Assembly (NCBI GenBank): GCA_048882325.1
Contig: JBHLRS010000028.1
Coordinates: 1-21,578, forward strand
From: Candidatus Thorarchaeota archaeon
Lineage (GTDB): Archaea; Asgardarchaeota; Thorarchaeia; Thorarchaeales; Thorarchaeaceae
DNA: 21,578 nt
Direction of reading: 5' to 3'
Translations under genes and position numbers: made by a program
In this document: in pieces, positions 1 to 8,912 of the stretch
How positions within the stretch are numbered: the first letter of the stretch is position 1
How the letters are laid out: the number at the start of each line of letters is the position of its first letter
The notes under the pieces: model-generated
Databases searched by the model: none
What the model was told of the DNA's origin: nothing
The model's input: only the letters and a program-made list of their open reading frames with translations

Positions 1-92
1 TAGGAATAGAAACCCCGACTAATCAACTTGATGGAAAAATACACCTTAATCTCAATCCTCATAAACAAATTGGAAAGAGATTTTCATGAGGT

Positions 93-1094
93 TTGCTGAA
101 GTTGGAACGAAATCAAGCAGCCGCTCTCATTGTTGTGGCAGTTGTTATCGGCTCAGTCGCTCTTGTAGCTTTTTGGAACCCTGCTCCTGTACCTGACGTT
201 CGGATAGGGTACTTATCGAAGGACCTCCACCAGTTAGCCCTCCGAGTGGCACTTGAGAATGGTTACTTTGAAAGAGAGGGTATCACAGTTGAGTTGTTGC
301 AGTATGGCAATGGTGGATATGAGATGGACGGATTCCAATCTGGTCAGATAGATATGGGATACCTTGGAGCGGCTCCAGCAATCACCAAGCGTCTAAATGC
401 TGAGATTATGGTCACGATCCTTGCTGCAGCAAATATGGAGGGATCGGCTATTATGGTGGATAAGACCGAATACGAATTGGGTCATGTCACCTCCGTTGCA
501 GACCTCGCTGGCAAAGGAGTCTTCCATCCTGGACTCCCGACTGTTCAAAACTTTCTCCTACGGTTAGCATTAAACCAGTCGGGCTTGTCTTATGAAGACA
601 TCAATCCTCTTCAGGCATTTCCATCAGCCATGGCGGATTCACTCACTCCTGAGAATCCTGCTTTCATTGCGTGGGAACCGTTCAATGCATTGTCTGAATA
701 TCAAAACAAGACCGTACCTCTCATACTCTCTGGAGATATCTGGCCGGGTCATCCCTGTTGTGTTGTAGCAGCAGACAATACATTCCTCAGTGAGAATCCA
801 GAAATAGTCCAGAAGGTTGTTCAGATTCACCAAGAGGCAACGGATTGGATTGTCACTCATCCCACTCAAGCGATAGCGATTGCAGTGGACTGGCTTGAAA
901 TGGACCTCGAACCAGTAACAACCGCATTCAACAGGATCATATTTGACTACAACGTGAATGTGACTGGAATCGAGATGTATCTTGATTTCCTGATATCAGA
1001 GGGTCAGATTGATAATATCCCTCCGAGTATACCTGATTTTCTTGATGGATTCATCAACCAGACATATATTGAAGAATCTCTACTCTGTTGTTAA
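93..1094 (+). CDS. ABC transporter substrate-binding protein, NitT/TauT (SsuA/CmpA/NrtA-like)
   Basis: N-terminal hydrophobic anchor, VRIGY, GQIDMGYLG.AP, AFIAWEPF and WPGHPCCV motifs; adjacent to a permease. TTG start. Confidence 0.9.
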   Translation: MLKLERNQAAALIVVAVVIGSVALVAFWNPAPVPDVRIGYLSKDLHQLALRVALENGYFEREGITVELLQYGNGGYEMDGFQSGQIDMGYLGAAPAITKRLNAEIMVTILAAANMEGSAIMVDKTEYELGHVTSVADLAGKGVFHPGLPTVQNFLLRLALNQSGLSYEDINPLQAFPSAMADSLTPENPAFIAWEPFNALSEYQNKTVPLILSGDIWPGHPCCVVAADNTFLSENPEIVQKVVQIHQEATDWIVTHPTQAIAIAVDWLEMDLEPVTTAFNRIIFDYNVNVTGIEMYLDFLISEGQIDNIPPSIPDFLDGFINQTYIEESLLCC

Positions 1095-1141
1095 AAGCGA
1101 CAGACAGAAAAGCAGGACTAAATCTGGCATGATTGAGAAGA

Positions 1142-1981
1142 ATGACAGAGGTAGTCAATGGACCGCATGAAGACATCCAAGCAGATAATAATCCAGAACC
1201 ACAAAGGTCTCCTACTTCAGCACTGAAATACATCCTTCTGAAAATCATTCTTCCTGCAGCCGTTCTGATTATACTCTGGTTCTTGATAGCTGAAATTGCT
1301 CGTTCTACTCTCACTGAAGTGATTGATGCCTTCATTAGACTAGTAGTGGTGGGTGACAGTGAAGGGTATTATCTAACTGATCATATTAGTCTGAGCTTGT
1401 TTCGTGTTGCAATCGGTTTTGTTTTCGCTAGTCTTACTGCTGTACCTCTTGGAATAGCTATTGGCAGATATCGTGCAGTTGATGCAATACTCAATCCAGT
1501 TGTCGAGGCAATGCGTCCCATCCCTCCAATCGCATGGATTCCTTTGGCAATTCTCATGTTCTCTCGTAATCTACTTGGAGCTCAGGTATTCATTATCTGG
1601 GTTGGTGCATTTTTCCCAATTTTGATTAATACCACTACCGGGGTGAAACGAACAGAACCTGTGCACATAGATGTCGCAAAGACATTCGGTGCTGGAGAGG
1701 GTACAATTCTCAGGAAAATTGTATTACCATCAGCAGGACCCGAGATTTTTGCGGGTTTCAGAATCGGATTCGGTATAGGGTGGATGTGTCTGGTCGCAGC
1801 CGAGATGATTGGCGGAGGACTTGGTCTTGGCTATCTCATTCTGATAATGTGGCAGGTCGGAAGGACTGGCGCAGTAATTGTTAGTATGTTGATGATTGGT
1901 TTGATTGGCTTCATCTTCAGCTACTTCTTTCTCTTCATGGAGAAACGACTACTTAGATGGAGGCAGACTGTTTCTGTCTAG
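1142..1981 (+). CDS. ABC transporter permease, NitT/TauT (SsuC/TauC-like)
   Basis: SLFRVAIGF, RPIPPIAWIPLAIL, EAA-like loop (DVAKTFGA...IVLPSAGP) and LVAAEM motifs; multiple TM helices. ATG 1142 preferred over TTG 1133. Confidence 0.92.
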   Translation: MTEVVNGPHEDIQADNNPEPQRSPTSALKYILLKIILPAAVLIILWFLIAEIARSTLTEVIDAFIRLVVVGDSEGYYLTDHISLSLFRVAIGFVFASLTAVPLGIAIGRYRAVDAILNPVVEAMRPIPPIAWIPLAILMFSRNLLGAQVFIIWVGAFFPILINTTTGVKRTEPVHIDVAKTFGAGEGTILRKIVLPSAGPEIFAGFRIGFGIGWMCLVAAEMIGGGLGLGYLILIMWQVGRTGAVIVSMLMIGLIGFIFSYFFLFMEKRLLRWRQTVSV

Positions 1982-2753
1982 TTCGATTCATTGCTTTCTC
2001 CTGCTCCACCTTAAGTAGGTCCAGGATATCTCTGCGATATGCAAGGCACTCCTGTGACGTCCGAATCCTAGGTTTGGGAATTTCAATCTCGTACTCTGCT
2101 ATGATTCTCGCAGGGATGTTGCTCAGTACAAGAATCCGCTCTGACATGAAGACCGCCTCATCAACATTGTGCGACACAAAGAGAATGGTTGATCCCGTTC
2201 TCTTTTGGATCCGCAGAATCTCCTCCTGAAGGTAGTTCCTGGTCTGAGCATCTAAGTTGGACAAAGCCTCATCAGCAACCAGAATATCTGGAGAAACAAC
2301 GAGACTACGAGCCATTTCGGTCTTTCTTGCCTGCCCACCAGAAATCTCATGCGGATAGTTGTCCTCCAGATCTTCCATTCCAACTATCTTGATTATTTCA
2401 TCTACTCTCGTATTCATCTCATCCGGGTCGACCTTTGCTATCTCTAGGCCAAACTGGATATTTTGCCGTACGGTCCGCCAGGGGAACAATGATTCCTGCT
2501 GGAAAATGTAACCCACACGATTGTGGCCTGTATGAACCTCTTCCTTGTCAATAAAGACCTGCCCTTCATCTGGTTCTAGAAGACCTGCAATAATCTTCAA
2601 CAGAGTTGTCTTCCCACAACCACTTGGTCCAACAATACCTAATAGTTCACCTTCATGAACATCGAATGAGATGTCATCCAGGACATGAATTTCTTCATCA
2701 GAGTCGCCATTCGGGTAGGATTTTGACAGGTTTCGAACTGAGAGTTTTGGCAT
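1953..2753 (-). CDS. ABC transporter ATP-binding protein, NitT/TauT (SsuB/TauB-like)
   Basis: Walker A GPSGCGKTT, Q-loop FQQESLFPWRTV, signature ISGGQ, Walker B LVADE, H-loop VSHN. Start taken at ATG 2753 (MPKLSV). Confidence 0.93.
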   Translation of the reverse strand: MPKLSVRNLSKSYPNGDSDEEIHVLDDISFDVHEGELLGIVGPSGCGKTTLLKIIAGLLEPDEGQVFIDKEEVHTGHNRVGYIFQQESLFPWRTVRQNIQFGLEIAKVDPDEMNTRVDEIIKIVGMEDLEDNYPHEISGGQARKTEMARSLVVSPDILVADEALSNLDAQTRNYLQEEILRIQKRTGSTILFVSHNVDEAVFMSERILVLSNIPARIIAEYEIEIPKPRIRTSQECLAYRRDILDLLKVEQEKAMNRTRQKQSASI

Positions 2754-2939
2754 TGTTGCTACCAATCAATCTGGTTTCTCTCATTCTGTTAAATGCTGTG
2801 CTCTTGACACGTACATAATGAGTGGTGAGGTCAACCCAGCAAAGTAAAAAAAGGCCCCTGATGCAATCAGTATTTGTATTAGGCACTGTAATTAGTAGTT
2901 GAAATCATAAACGCCAATTACAACAGGAAGGTTGCTGAC

Positions 2940-5243
2940 TTGGGTTCACCGAAAGTTCTGTTCGAGATCGAGGATGACGAGAGCACCAGTGCAATTGCAG
3001 TGGGAGATGTTACTGGGAACGGATCCGCCGAGCTATGTACTGGCGGACGTGATGGAGTTCTTCGTCTATATGATGCAAATAGAAGTGAGATTGCCTTTCT
3101 CGCACAACACGATGTTGGAGGAAGTATTCTCTCCATCAAGATTGCAGATGCAAACAATGATGGGCAGATGGAACTCGTCATCGGTCGTGCAGTCGGAACT
3201 GGTGAGAATCCTGGTGAGGCTGGAACTGTGCAGATATACCGTTACGCTCCAAGTGGTCAGCTTGAGATTCTAGCTCAGTATCCAGTGGACCGGTTTGTCA
3301 CAACCGTCTACGTCACTGATGTCACTGGGGATGAGAAGAACGAAATTCTTGTTGGCGGTAGTGATTCTACCCTTAGAATTCTCCAGATGGACTCTGCAAA
3401 CAACCTTACAGAGTTTGTGAAGCACCAGTTGGAAGACATGCCTATTGCTATTGGGACCTGTGACGTCATTGGTGATGAGATTGAGGAGATTGTCACAGGA
3501 AATAGAGACAAGACTCTCAGGGTGTTTAAAGTTCGTGACCATTCTGTGGAACAGATAGAACTCATTCAACTACCCAGTCCTGTGATCTCTGTTGCTGCAG
3601 GCGATGTGCTGGGCGACAGAAAGATGGAGCTTGGTGTAGTCACTCATGATGGATCAATTCGAATCTATAGAAACGAAGAGAGCAAACTCGACCTGTTCTC
3701 GAAACTTGAGAACGTGAATGCGCTCTCAGTCCGCATCGAGGAGCTCAACGCAGACCATCAGGATGAGGTCGTTGTCGCTACATCAGACTTCAAAATAAAC
3801 TTCTATAGCCTACACATGGCAGATCTCAATAAGATTGCTACTGTGGACATTGGTAAGAAGATTCTCGCCATCAATGTTGGTGATGCTGGAGGCGATGGTC
3901 GAAAAGAGGTTCAGGTTGGCATATCCGATGGTCCCCTCCGAGTCATTGAAGGTCTTTACAAGATCATTCCAACCTTCGAGGTGAGCCCCGAAACAAAGAC
4001 CGGTGCTGAACTCAGCGGAAGGGTCACAGTTTACAATGTCAGCGACCAAATCATCAACGGTGTGTCTGGGAAGATATACTGGTTCCCAAAGGACCATATG
4101 GATGTCGACCCACAACAACTACGTTTTGACTTAGCCCCGGGTGAGAAAAAGTTCCTTGATGTCAAATTGACACCCAGAGAAGAGGGTACAGTCATCGTTC
4201 GACCTATTGTTCTGATGTGGACAGACCCCTCCGGTCAGGTCCGCCAGGTCACAACACCGGAGACCGCTATCCTTGTTGAGAAGGGTGCAGCTGTCGCGGC
4301 CCCTGCTGCAGTTGCTCCGGTACCTGTAGAGCCTAAAGAGACCTATGAACCCCCTGTTGTGAAGGAAGAGTCCCCATTTGGTCCGGTGGTTGGTACCGGG
4401 TTTGGAAGTCCTGGAGACCGTGAGAAAGCTTCTGAGATTTTGCAGACCACAATGTCTGATGATGCTGCTGACTCGTTGAAAGCTGCTGAGGAACTTCTTG
4501 ACCAACTCTTTGGTGCTGAAGAGACCAGCTCAGCTATGGCTGAGATTGATGACATAGAGGCGCTCGCAGCTGAGCCAACCCCTGAGGAGGTTGTGGTGAC
4601 TGCTGCAGTTTCAGATGTTGAGAGTCAGCTGGTCTCAGAGATACGGACTAGGAGACCTAAAGCTCCACAGCCTGGAACTGCTCCAGATTCTTACCAGTTC
4701 TTATTCAAGACGATGGTGATCGGTGAGGGTGCTGTTGGAAAAACCACTCTTGTGAACAGATATGTCACCGGAGTCTTCGAACGTGATTATAAAACGACCA
4801 TTGGATCTCAGTTCGCAGTGAAGCTCGCCCACATCTCGCCACCTGAGAAAGAGTACGCGACTGGGATCAAACTACAAGCCTGGGACGTGGCAGGCCAAGC
4901 GCGTTTCAAGGCGGTACGTAAGATGTATTACTCAGGAGCGGCTGGTATCATACTGGTGTTCGACGTGACCCGGCGTCGTTCCTTTACGGAGTTGTCGAAG
5001 TGGGTGCAGGAAGCTGATGAGTCGATCGGCACGAGAGTCCCGATGATCTGTGTGGGTAACAAGACAGACCTGCCAGACCGTGCAGTACCCTCAGATGAGG
5101 CAAAGCGTTGGGCTGAAGACCAGGGATTCTTATACATGGAATCCTCTGCAAAGACTGGAGATGGCGTAGCGGACATGTTCACAGTGCTGGCTGAGGTCAT
5201 GTGGCGGGAAGCTCGTAAGCTCCAAGAAGGAAAGAAGACATAG
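2940..5243 (+). CDS. Fusion protein: 7-bladed FG-GAP-like beta-propeller + Ig-like beta-sandwich + acidic/Pro-rich linker + C-terminal Rab-like small GTPase
   Basis: Seven ~45-aa repeats with D-x-x-[GNA]-[DN]-x-x-x-E cores (aa ~1-338); beta-rich domain aa ~339-449 (VTVYN...DLAPGEKK...P.EEG); low-complexity aa ~450-584; GTPase aa ~585-767 with G1 GEGAVGKT, G2 TTIG, G3 WDVAGQ, G4 NKTD and G5 SAK. Confidence 0.9.
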   Translation: MGSPKVLFEIEDDESTSAIAVGDVTGNGSAELCTGGRDGVLRLYDANRSEIAFLAQHDVGGSILSIKIADANNDGQMELVIGRAVGTGENPGEAGTVQIYRYAPSGQLEILAQYPVDRFVTTVYVTDVTGDEKNEILVGGSDSTLRILQMDSANNLTEFVKHQLEDMPIAIGTCDVIGDEIEEIVTGNRDKTLRVFKVRDHSVEQIELIQLPSPVISVAAGDVLGDRKMELGVVTHDGSIRIYRNEESKLDLFSKLENVNALSVRIEELNADHQDEVVVATSDFKINFYSLHMADLNKIATVDIGKKILAINVGDAGGDGRKEVQVGISDGPLRVIEGLYKIIPTFEVSPETKTGAELSGRVTVYNVSDQIINGVSGKIYWFPKDHMDVDPQQLRFDLAPGEKKFLDVKLTPREEGTVIVRPIVLMWTDPSGQVRQVTTPETAILVEKGAAVAAPAAVAPVPVEPKETYEPPVVKEESPFGPVVGTGFGSPGDREKASEILQTTMSDDAADSLKAAEELLDQLFGAEETSSAMAEIDDIEALAAEPTPEEVVVTAAVSDVESQLVSEIRTRRPKAPQPGTAPDSYQFLFKTMVIGEGAVGKTTLVNRYVTGVFERDYKTTIGSQFAVKLAHISPPEKEYATGIKLQAWDVAGQARFKAVRKMYYSGAAGIILVFDVTRRRSFTELSKWVQEADESIGTRVPMICVGNKTDLPDRAVPSDEAKRWAEDQGFLYMESSAKTGDGVADMFTVLAEVMWREARKLQEGKKT

Positions 5244-5280
5244 CAGACTTAGGATTCAATTCTTCAGGGTCTGAAACAAA

Positions 5281-5868
5281 TCACTTCAGAAAACGCACGC
5301 CCTCATCGAAGGCAGTCTGGTCCCGATCATTGTCAAGGATTTTGGAAACAGCTTTCTTGAGGTTCTTAGCCTCGAGTGGTCCTGTGTCAACAGTACTAAG
5401 CACTCCAATCATGAATGAGTTCAGGATCCTCGTTGAACCTAGCTTCTCCAGGACTGGTTCAGTGTCGAGCATATGCACCTCTCTGCAGAATGACTCTAGT
5501 TCCCTTTTGATGTCATCAATCTCTGGGTATGTGAAGTCTCCTGAGGTGACATTTGCGGGTGGAACTGGCATGGAACTCACAATCGCGACAGTCCGTTCAC
5601 CTGCATATCTCGTCGCTGCACGTAGCGCCTCAACTGGCTCAAAACCAAGAAGTACGTCCACATCTCCCCGTGGAATAAGAGGTCCCCAGTCCTGTGTTCC
5701 TATCCTGATGTGAGTCATCACACTGCCTCCACGACGCGAAGCACCAAATGTGTCACCTACGACGGGTCGGAGGCCCTGCATTACGGCGGCCTCGGCGATA
5801 ATCCTGCCACAGACAAGGTTCCCCTGTCCACCAACACCCGCGACCAGTATGGAATAGGGGTCTCTCAT
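5281..5868 (-). CDS. iorB: Indolepyruvate:ferredoxin oxidoreductase beta subunit
   Basis: AGVGGQG, GASRRGGSVMTHIRIG and LLGFEPVEALR motifs. The ATG at 5868 overlaps the iorA stop (TGATG); 195 aa. Confidence 0.9.
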   Translation of the reverse strand: MRDPYSILVAGVGGQGNLVCGRIIAEAAVMQGLRPVVGDTFGASRRGGSVMTHIRIGTQDWGPLIPRGDVDVLLGFEPVEALRAATRYAGERTVAIVSSMPVPPANVTSGDFTYPEIDDIKRELESFCREVHMLDTEPVLEKLGSTRILNSFMIGVLSTVDTGPLEAKNLKKAVSKILDNDRDQTAFDEGVRFLK

Positions 5869-7715
5869 CACTCGCCCTCCACAATAGCACTGTATGGACA
5901 CACAGCAATGCATGCCCCGCATCGGACACACACATGATTCAACACAACTGGATAGTTGGTCTTTTGGTCCCAGCTCAAGGCTGGACATCCAAATTCACGA
6001 GCGCAGATCTTGCAGTCCTCCCCTCTACATAGTTTCCGGTCTATCTTGACAGGAATGGAACCAACAAAACCTGGTTGCCTTTTGACTTCCTCAAGTCGAC
6101 ATACACTGTCCAAAAGCAAGACCTTCAGTCCATCACGCTTTATTGTTGAGTGAAGAAGGTCTGTGAGTGATCTGATGTCGGTCGCATCACCAGTAGCATA
6201 GAAATCAGGTTCTACTGCTCTGACTAGGTCCTCAATCTTGACAATTCTGTGGTTTTCTTGGTCCCTCGAACCAGGGTGCACCTGAAACCCTGTCATAGCA
6301 GTGGTTGCATTGTCGAGGATGACAAATGTCAGGTCTGCATTCTTGTGACGTGCGTTTATGAGACCTGGAATGCATGCATGGAAGAAAGTGCTGTCTCCTG
6401 CCAAAGCTATCACTTTCGAATCAAACCCGAACCTCTGGAGCTGGCCCAGTCCACTCCCCACGCCTATGCCAGAACCCATTGCCTGCATTGTGTCCATAGC
6501 TTCATCATAGAATACACCCAAAGAATAGCACCCAATGTCTCCTGCAACAACAACCTTTCCACCTAACCGTTTCTTCACGGTACGAATCGCCCAGTAGAAG
6601 TTACGATGGGTACAACCTGCGCAGAACGTGAGTGGTCTTTCAATAAGCAGGTCTGATGAACGATGCTCTCTTTTCACGACATTATCGTGTCCAGTCAATT
6701 TTGCCAATGCAGTCAGGACTAGATCTGTGTTCATTTCACCATATCCACGAATGTGTCCTGTCCTCTTCCCATAGAAATGCGGAGTTACCTCAATCTCTGC
6801 TGATAGCGACCTGATGGCATCCTCAAGAAATGAATCATTCTCCTCGATGAACAGAATGCGGTCAACGCCTTGAATCACGTTGGAGATCATCCTGCGTGGT
6901 AATGGAAACGTTGTGACAATATTCATGTGACCAATTTTGATTGGTGCCAGAGACCGAATTGCCTCCTGTGTGTACAGAGAACTTATCCCACTTGAGATAA
7001 CAAGGAGCTTCGTATCTGTGATGTTTGGCATCGAATTGAACTGAATCTTCTCAAAGTCGTTTGCGACATTCTCCAGCTTTTCGAGAAGTTCTCTGTGCCT
7101 TAGGTGAGGGGTTGGTACATTATAGAGCCTCTCAGGTAAATTTCTGGTCCTCTTTTTCTCCTTTGAGACCTTGCCAATACGAATCAGTCCCCTGGAGTGC
7201 GATAGTCGGGTTGTACTTCGAATAAGAACCGGGACTTCATACTTCTGAGAGAGGTTGAAGGCTTCTCTCGTGACATCCTTAGCCTCTTGGTGGGTTGATG
7301 GTTCGAGCAGAGGAATCTGAGCAGCTCTGGCGTAAAACCTGGAGTCTTGTTCGTTGCTGGAACTGTGACCTCTCGGATCGTCACAGACCGCAATCACTAA
7401 TCCTCCCTTTCCAGAGCCAGAGAGATTCAGATTGAGTAAAAAATCTGAGGCCACGTTCAGACCGAGTGACTTCATCGAGCATAGAGCTGGAATCCCTGCC
7501 CAGCTTGCAGCCGCTGCAGCCTCCATTGCCACTTTCTCATTAGTGGACCATTCAACATGAATATCATTTTCTGAAGCATAGCGGAAGAGTGTCGTGACTA
7601 TTTCTGTCGAGGGGGTTCCAGGATATGATGCGCAGAATCCAACACCCGCTTCCAATGCACCTCTTGCAATGGCTTCATTGCCACTCATGAGAACATCATG
7701 CTTGGGTCCACTCAT
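5868..7715 (-). CDS. iorA: Indolepyruvate:ferredoxin oxidoreductase alpha subunit
   Basis: GNEAIARGA, YPGTPSTE, WSTNEKVA, DDP..HSS.NEQD, FCAGCTHR, GDIGCY, TPP motif GDSTFFH...LDN, and a C-terminal ferredoxin-type Cys cluster (CVRCGACIAVCP). Confidence 0.95.
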   Translation of the reverse strand: MSGPKHDVLMSGNEAIARGALEAGVGFCASYPGTPSTEIVTTLFRYASENDIHVEWSTNEKVAMEAAAAASWAGIPALCSMKSLGLNVASDFLLNLNLSGSGKGGLVIAVCDDPRGHSSSNEQDSRFYARAAQIPLLEPSTHQEAKDVTREAFNLSQKYEVPVLIRSTTRLSHSRGLIRIGKVSKEKKRTRNLPERLYNVPTPHLRHRELLEKLENVANDFEKIQFNSMPNITDTKLLVISSGISSLYTQEAIRSLAPIKIGHMNIVTTFPLPRRMISNVIQGVDRILFIEENDSFLEDAIRSLSAEIEVTPHFYGKRTGHIRGYGEMNTDLVLTALAKLTGHDNVVKREHRSSDLLIERPLTFCAGCTHRNFYWAIRTVKKRLGGKVVVAGDIGCYSLGVFYDEAMDTMQAMGSGIGVGSGLGQLQRFGFDSKVIALAGDSTFFHACIPGLINARHKNADLTFVILDNATTAMTGFQVHPGSRDQENHRIVKIEDLVRAVEPDFYATGDATDIRSLTDLLHSTIKRDGLKVLLLDSVCRLEEVKRQPGFVGSIPVKIDRKLCRGEDCKICAREFGCPALSWDQKTNYPVVLNHVCVRCGACIAVCPYSAIVEGE

Positions 7716-7838
7716 ACTATCCAGCTCGGGAATACAGCCACTGTGCCTTCACAAAACACTTTCGAATTATCATAACAAGTCGGGATACCCTACGGGAAGA
7801 TAAAATAAGCCTACTATTATCTCGATGGATGAGCGTAT

Positions 7839-8912
7839 ATGCCTGTAGAACGAGAAAGCGAAGCAAAGACCAAGAAGATAACATCCCTCCTCTCAATCTC
7901 TCACGACAAGGATGTCGATGGATTAAACGCTGCCGCTATTGTTTGGAGATATGCAAAGGCAAAAGGTCTCGACTTCAAGGCTATGCTCACTGACTATGGT
8001 TCATTCGAACAAGTTTTCTCAGCTATAGGCAATCAACGTGACACCCTCATTATCATCACAGATCTTGGCATGGATGATACCATCATCGATTTTGTGGAAA
8101 CAGGACTGACCAGAGCCATCTCTCAGGGTTGTCGCATAGTATGGCTTGACCATCATCAGTGGACAGACCGTTCAATCAAGATGATCCTCTCTCTCGAAAA
8201 CAAACCAGTTTTGAAGGTCAATCACGAGTTCTGTGCAGCCGAGATAGCTCACAAGGTCCTTATGCCACGAGATGAGGTGTGTACTGAACTAGCTAGAATC
8301 GCGCATGACACGGACTTCAACCTCCGCGAGATTGAGGCTGCTACTGCACTCACTGATGCTGTGAGCGTCATCCGCTTTGGAGCAATCGATAAGAAAGAGG
8401 ATGTGACTGATGCACTATACCCGGTTCTCTCAAAGTTGGCTGAGAGTGGAATGAGTGGAGTCTGGGACAGCAATGCCCGTAAATTCAAAGACACACTTCT
8501 TCACAAACGCGTTGAGAACTACAGAAAAGAGAAGACCAAGAAGATGAGAAAGGCCCTAGCTGGTCATAACGACCAGGTCATCCACGGGAAGCTTGTAAGA
8601 ATTGTAGAGATCCCCAGTGGCCTTACTTCAACTGATATGGGTACGTTTGCTTCGAATCCAGAAAACTTGACATCAATTGATCCTGAGCTTATGGTTGCTG
8701 ACCTCTTACTCTCCCTGAGTCAGGGAGGAATGCTTGGTTTCAGACGAGGTCGGGATGGCGTTCTGTGTAATGCAGCTGCTAAGTTGTTCAATGGAGGTGG
8801 GCACCCATATGCAGCGGGTGGTGAGTATGGTCTCTATGAAGACTTTCAAGCAGTCAGTGCTGATATCTTCCTAACACTGTCAAAAAGCAAGGCATGGGTT
8901 TCTGAAGCTTAA
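7839..8912 (+). CDS. DHH/DHHA1 family phosphoesterase (NrnA/RecJ-like)
   Basis: Motif I HDKDVDG, motif II ITDLG, motif III WLDHH, CAA/HDTD, and DHHA1 GGGHPYAAG. Confidence 0.88.
   Translation: MPVERESEAKTKKITSLLSISHDKDVDGLNAAAIVWRYAKAKGLDFKAMLTDYGSFEQVFSAIGNQRDTLIIITDLGMDDTIIDFVETGLTRAISQGCRIVWLDHHQWTDRSIKMILSLENKPVLKVNHEFCAAEIAHKVLMPRDEVCTELARIAHDTDFNLREIEAATALTDAVSVIRFGAIDKKEDVTDALYPVLSKLAESGMSGVWDSNARKFKDTLLHKRVENYRKEKTKKMRKALAGHNDQVIHGKLVRIVEIPSGLTSTDMGTFASNPENLTSIDPELMVADLLLSLSQGGMLGFRRGRDGVLCNAAAKLFNGGGHPYAAGGEYGLYEDFQAVSADIFLTLSKSKAWVSEA

Noticed and set aside
1074-1094. Substrate-binding protein ends in LLCC, like a Rab prenylation motif
   Set aside because: The protein is extracytoplasmic and unrelated to the GTPase; probably chance.
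4860-5220. Somewhat higher GC/CpG in the GTPase domain, suggesting a recent fusion
   Set aside because: The difference is modest on a hand count of a few lines and could reflect amino-acid composition; not supportable without computation.
5869-5988. Cys-rich N-terminal extension of IorB in the ORF track
   Set aside because: It is an off-frame read of the iorA ferredoxin domain; the true start is the coupled ATG at 5868.
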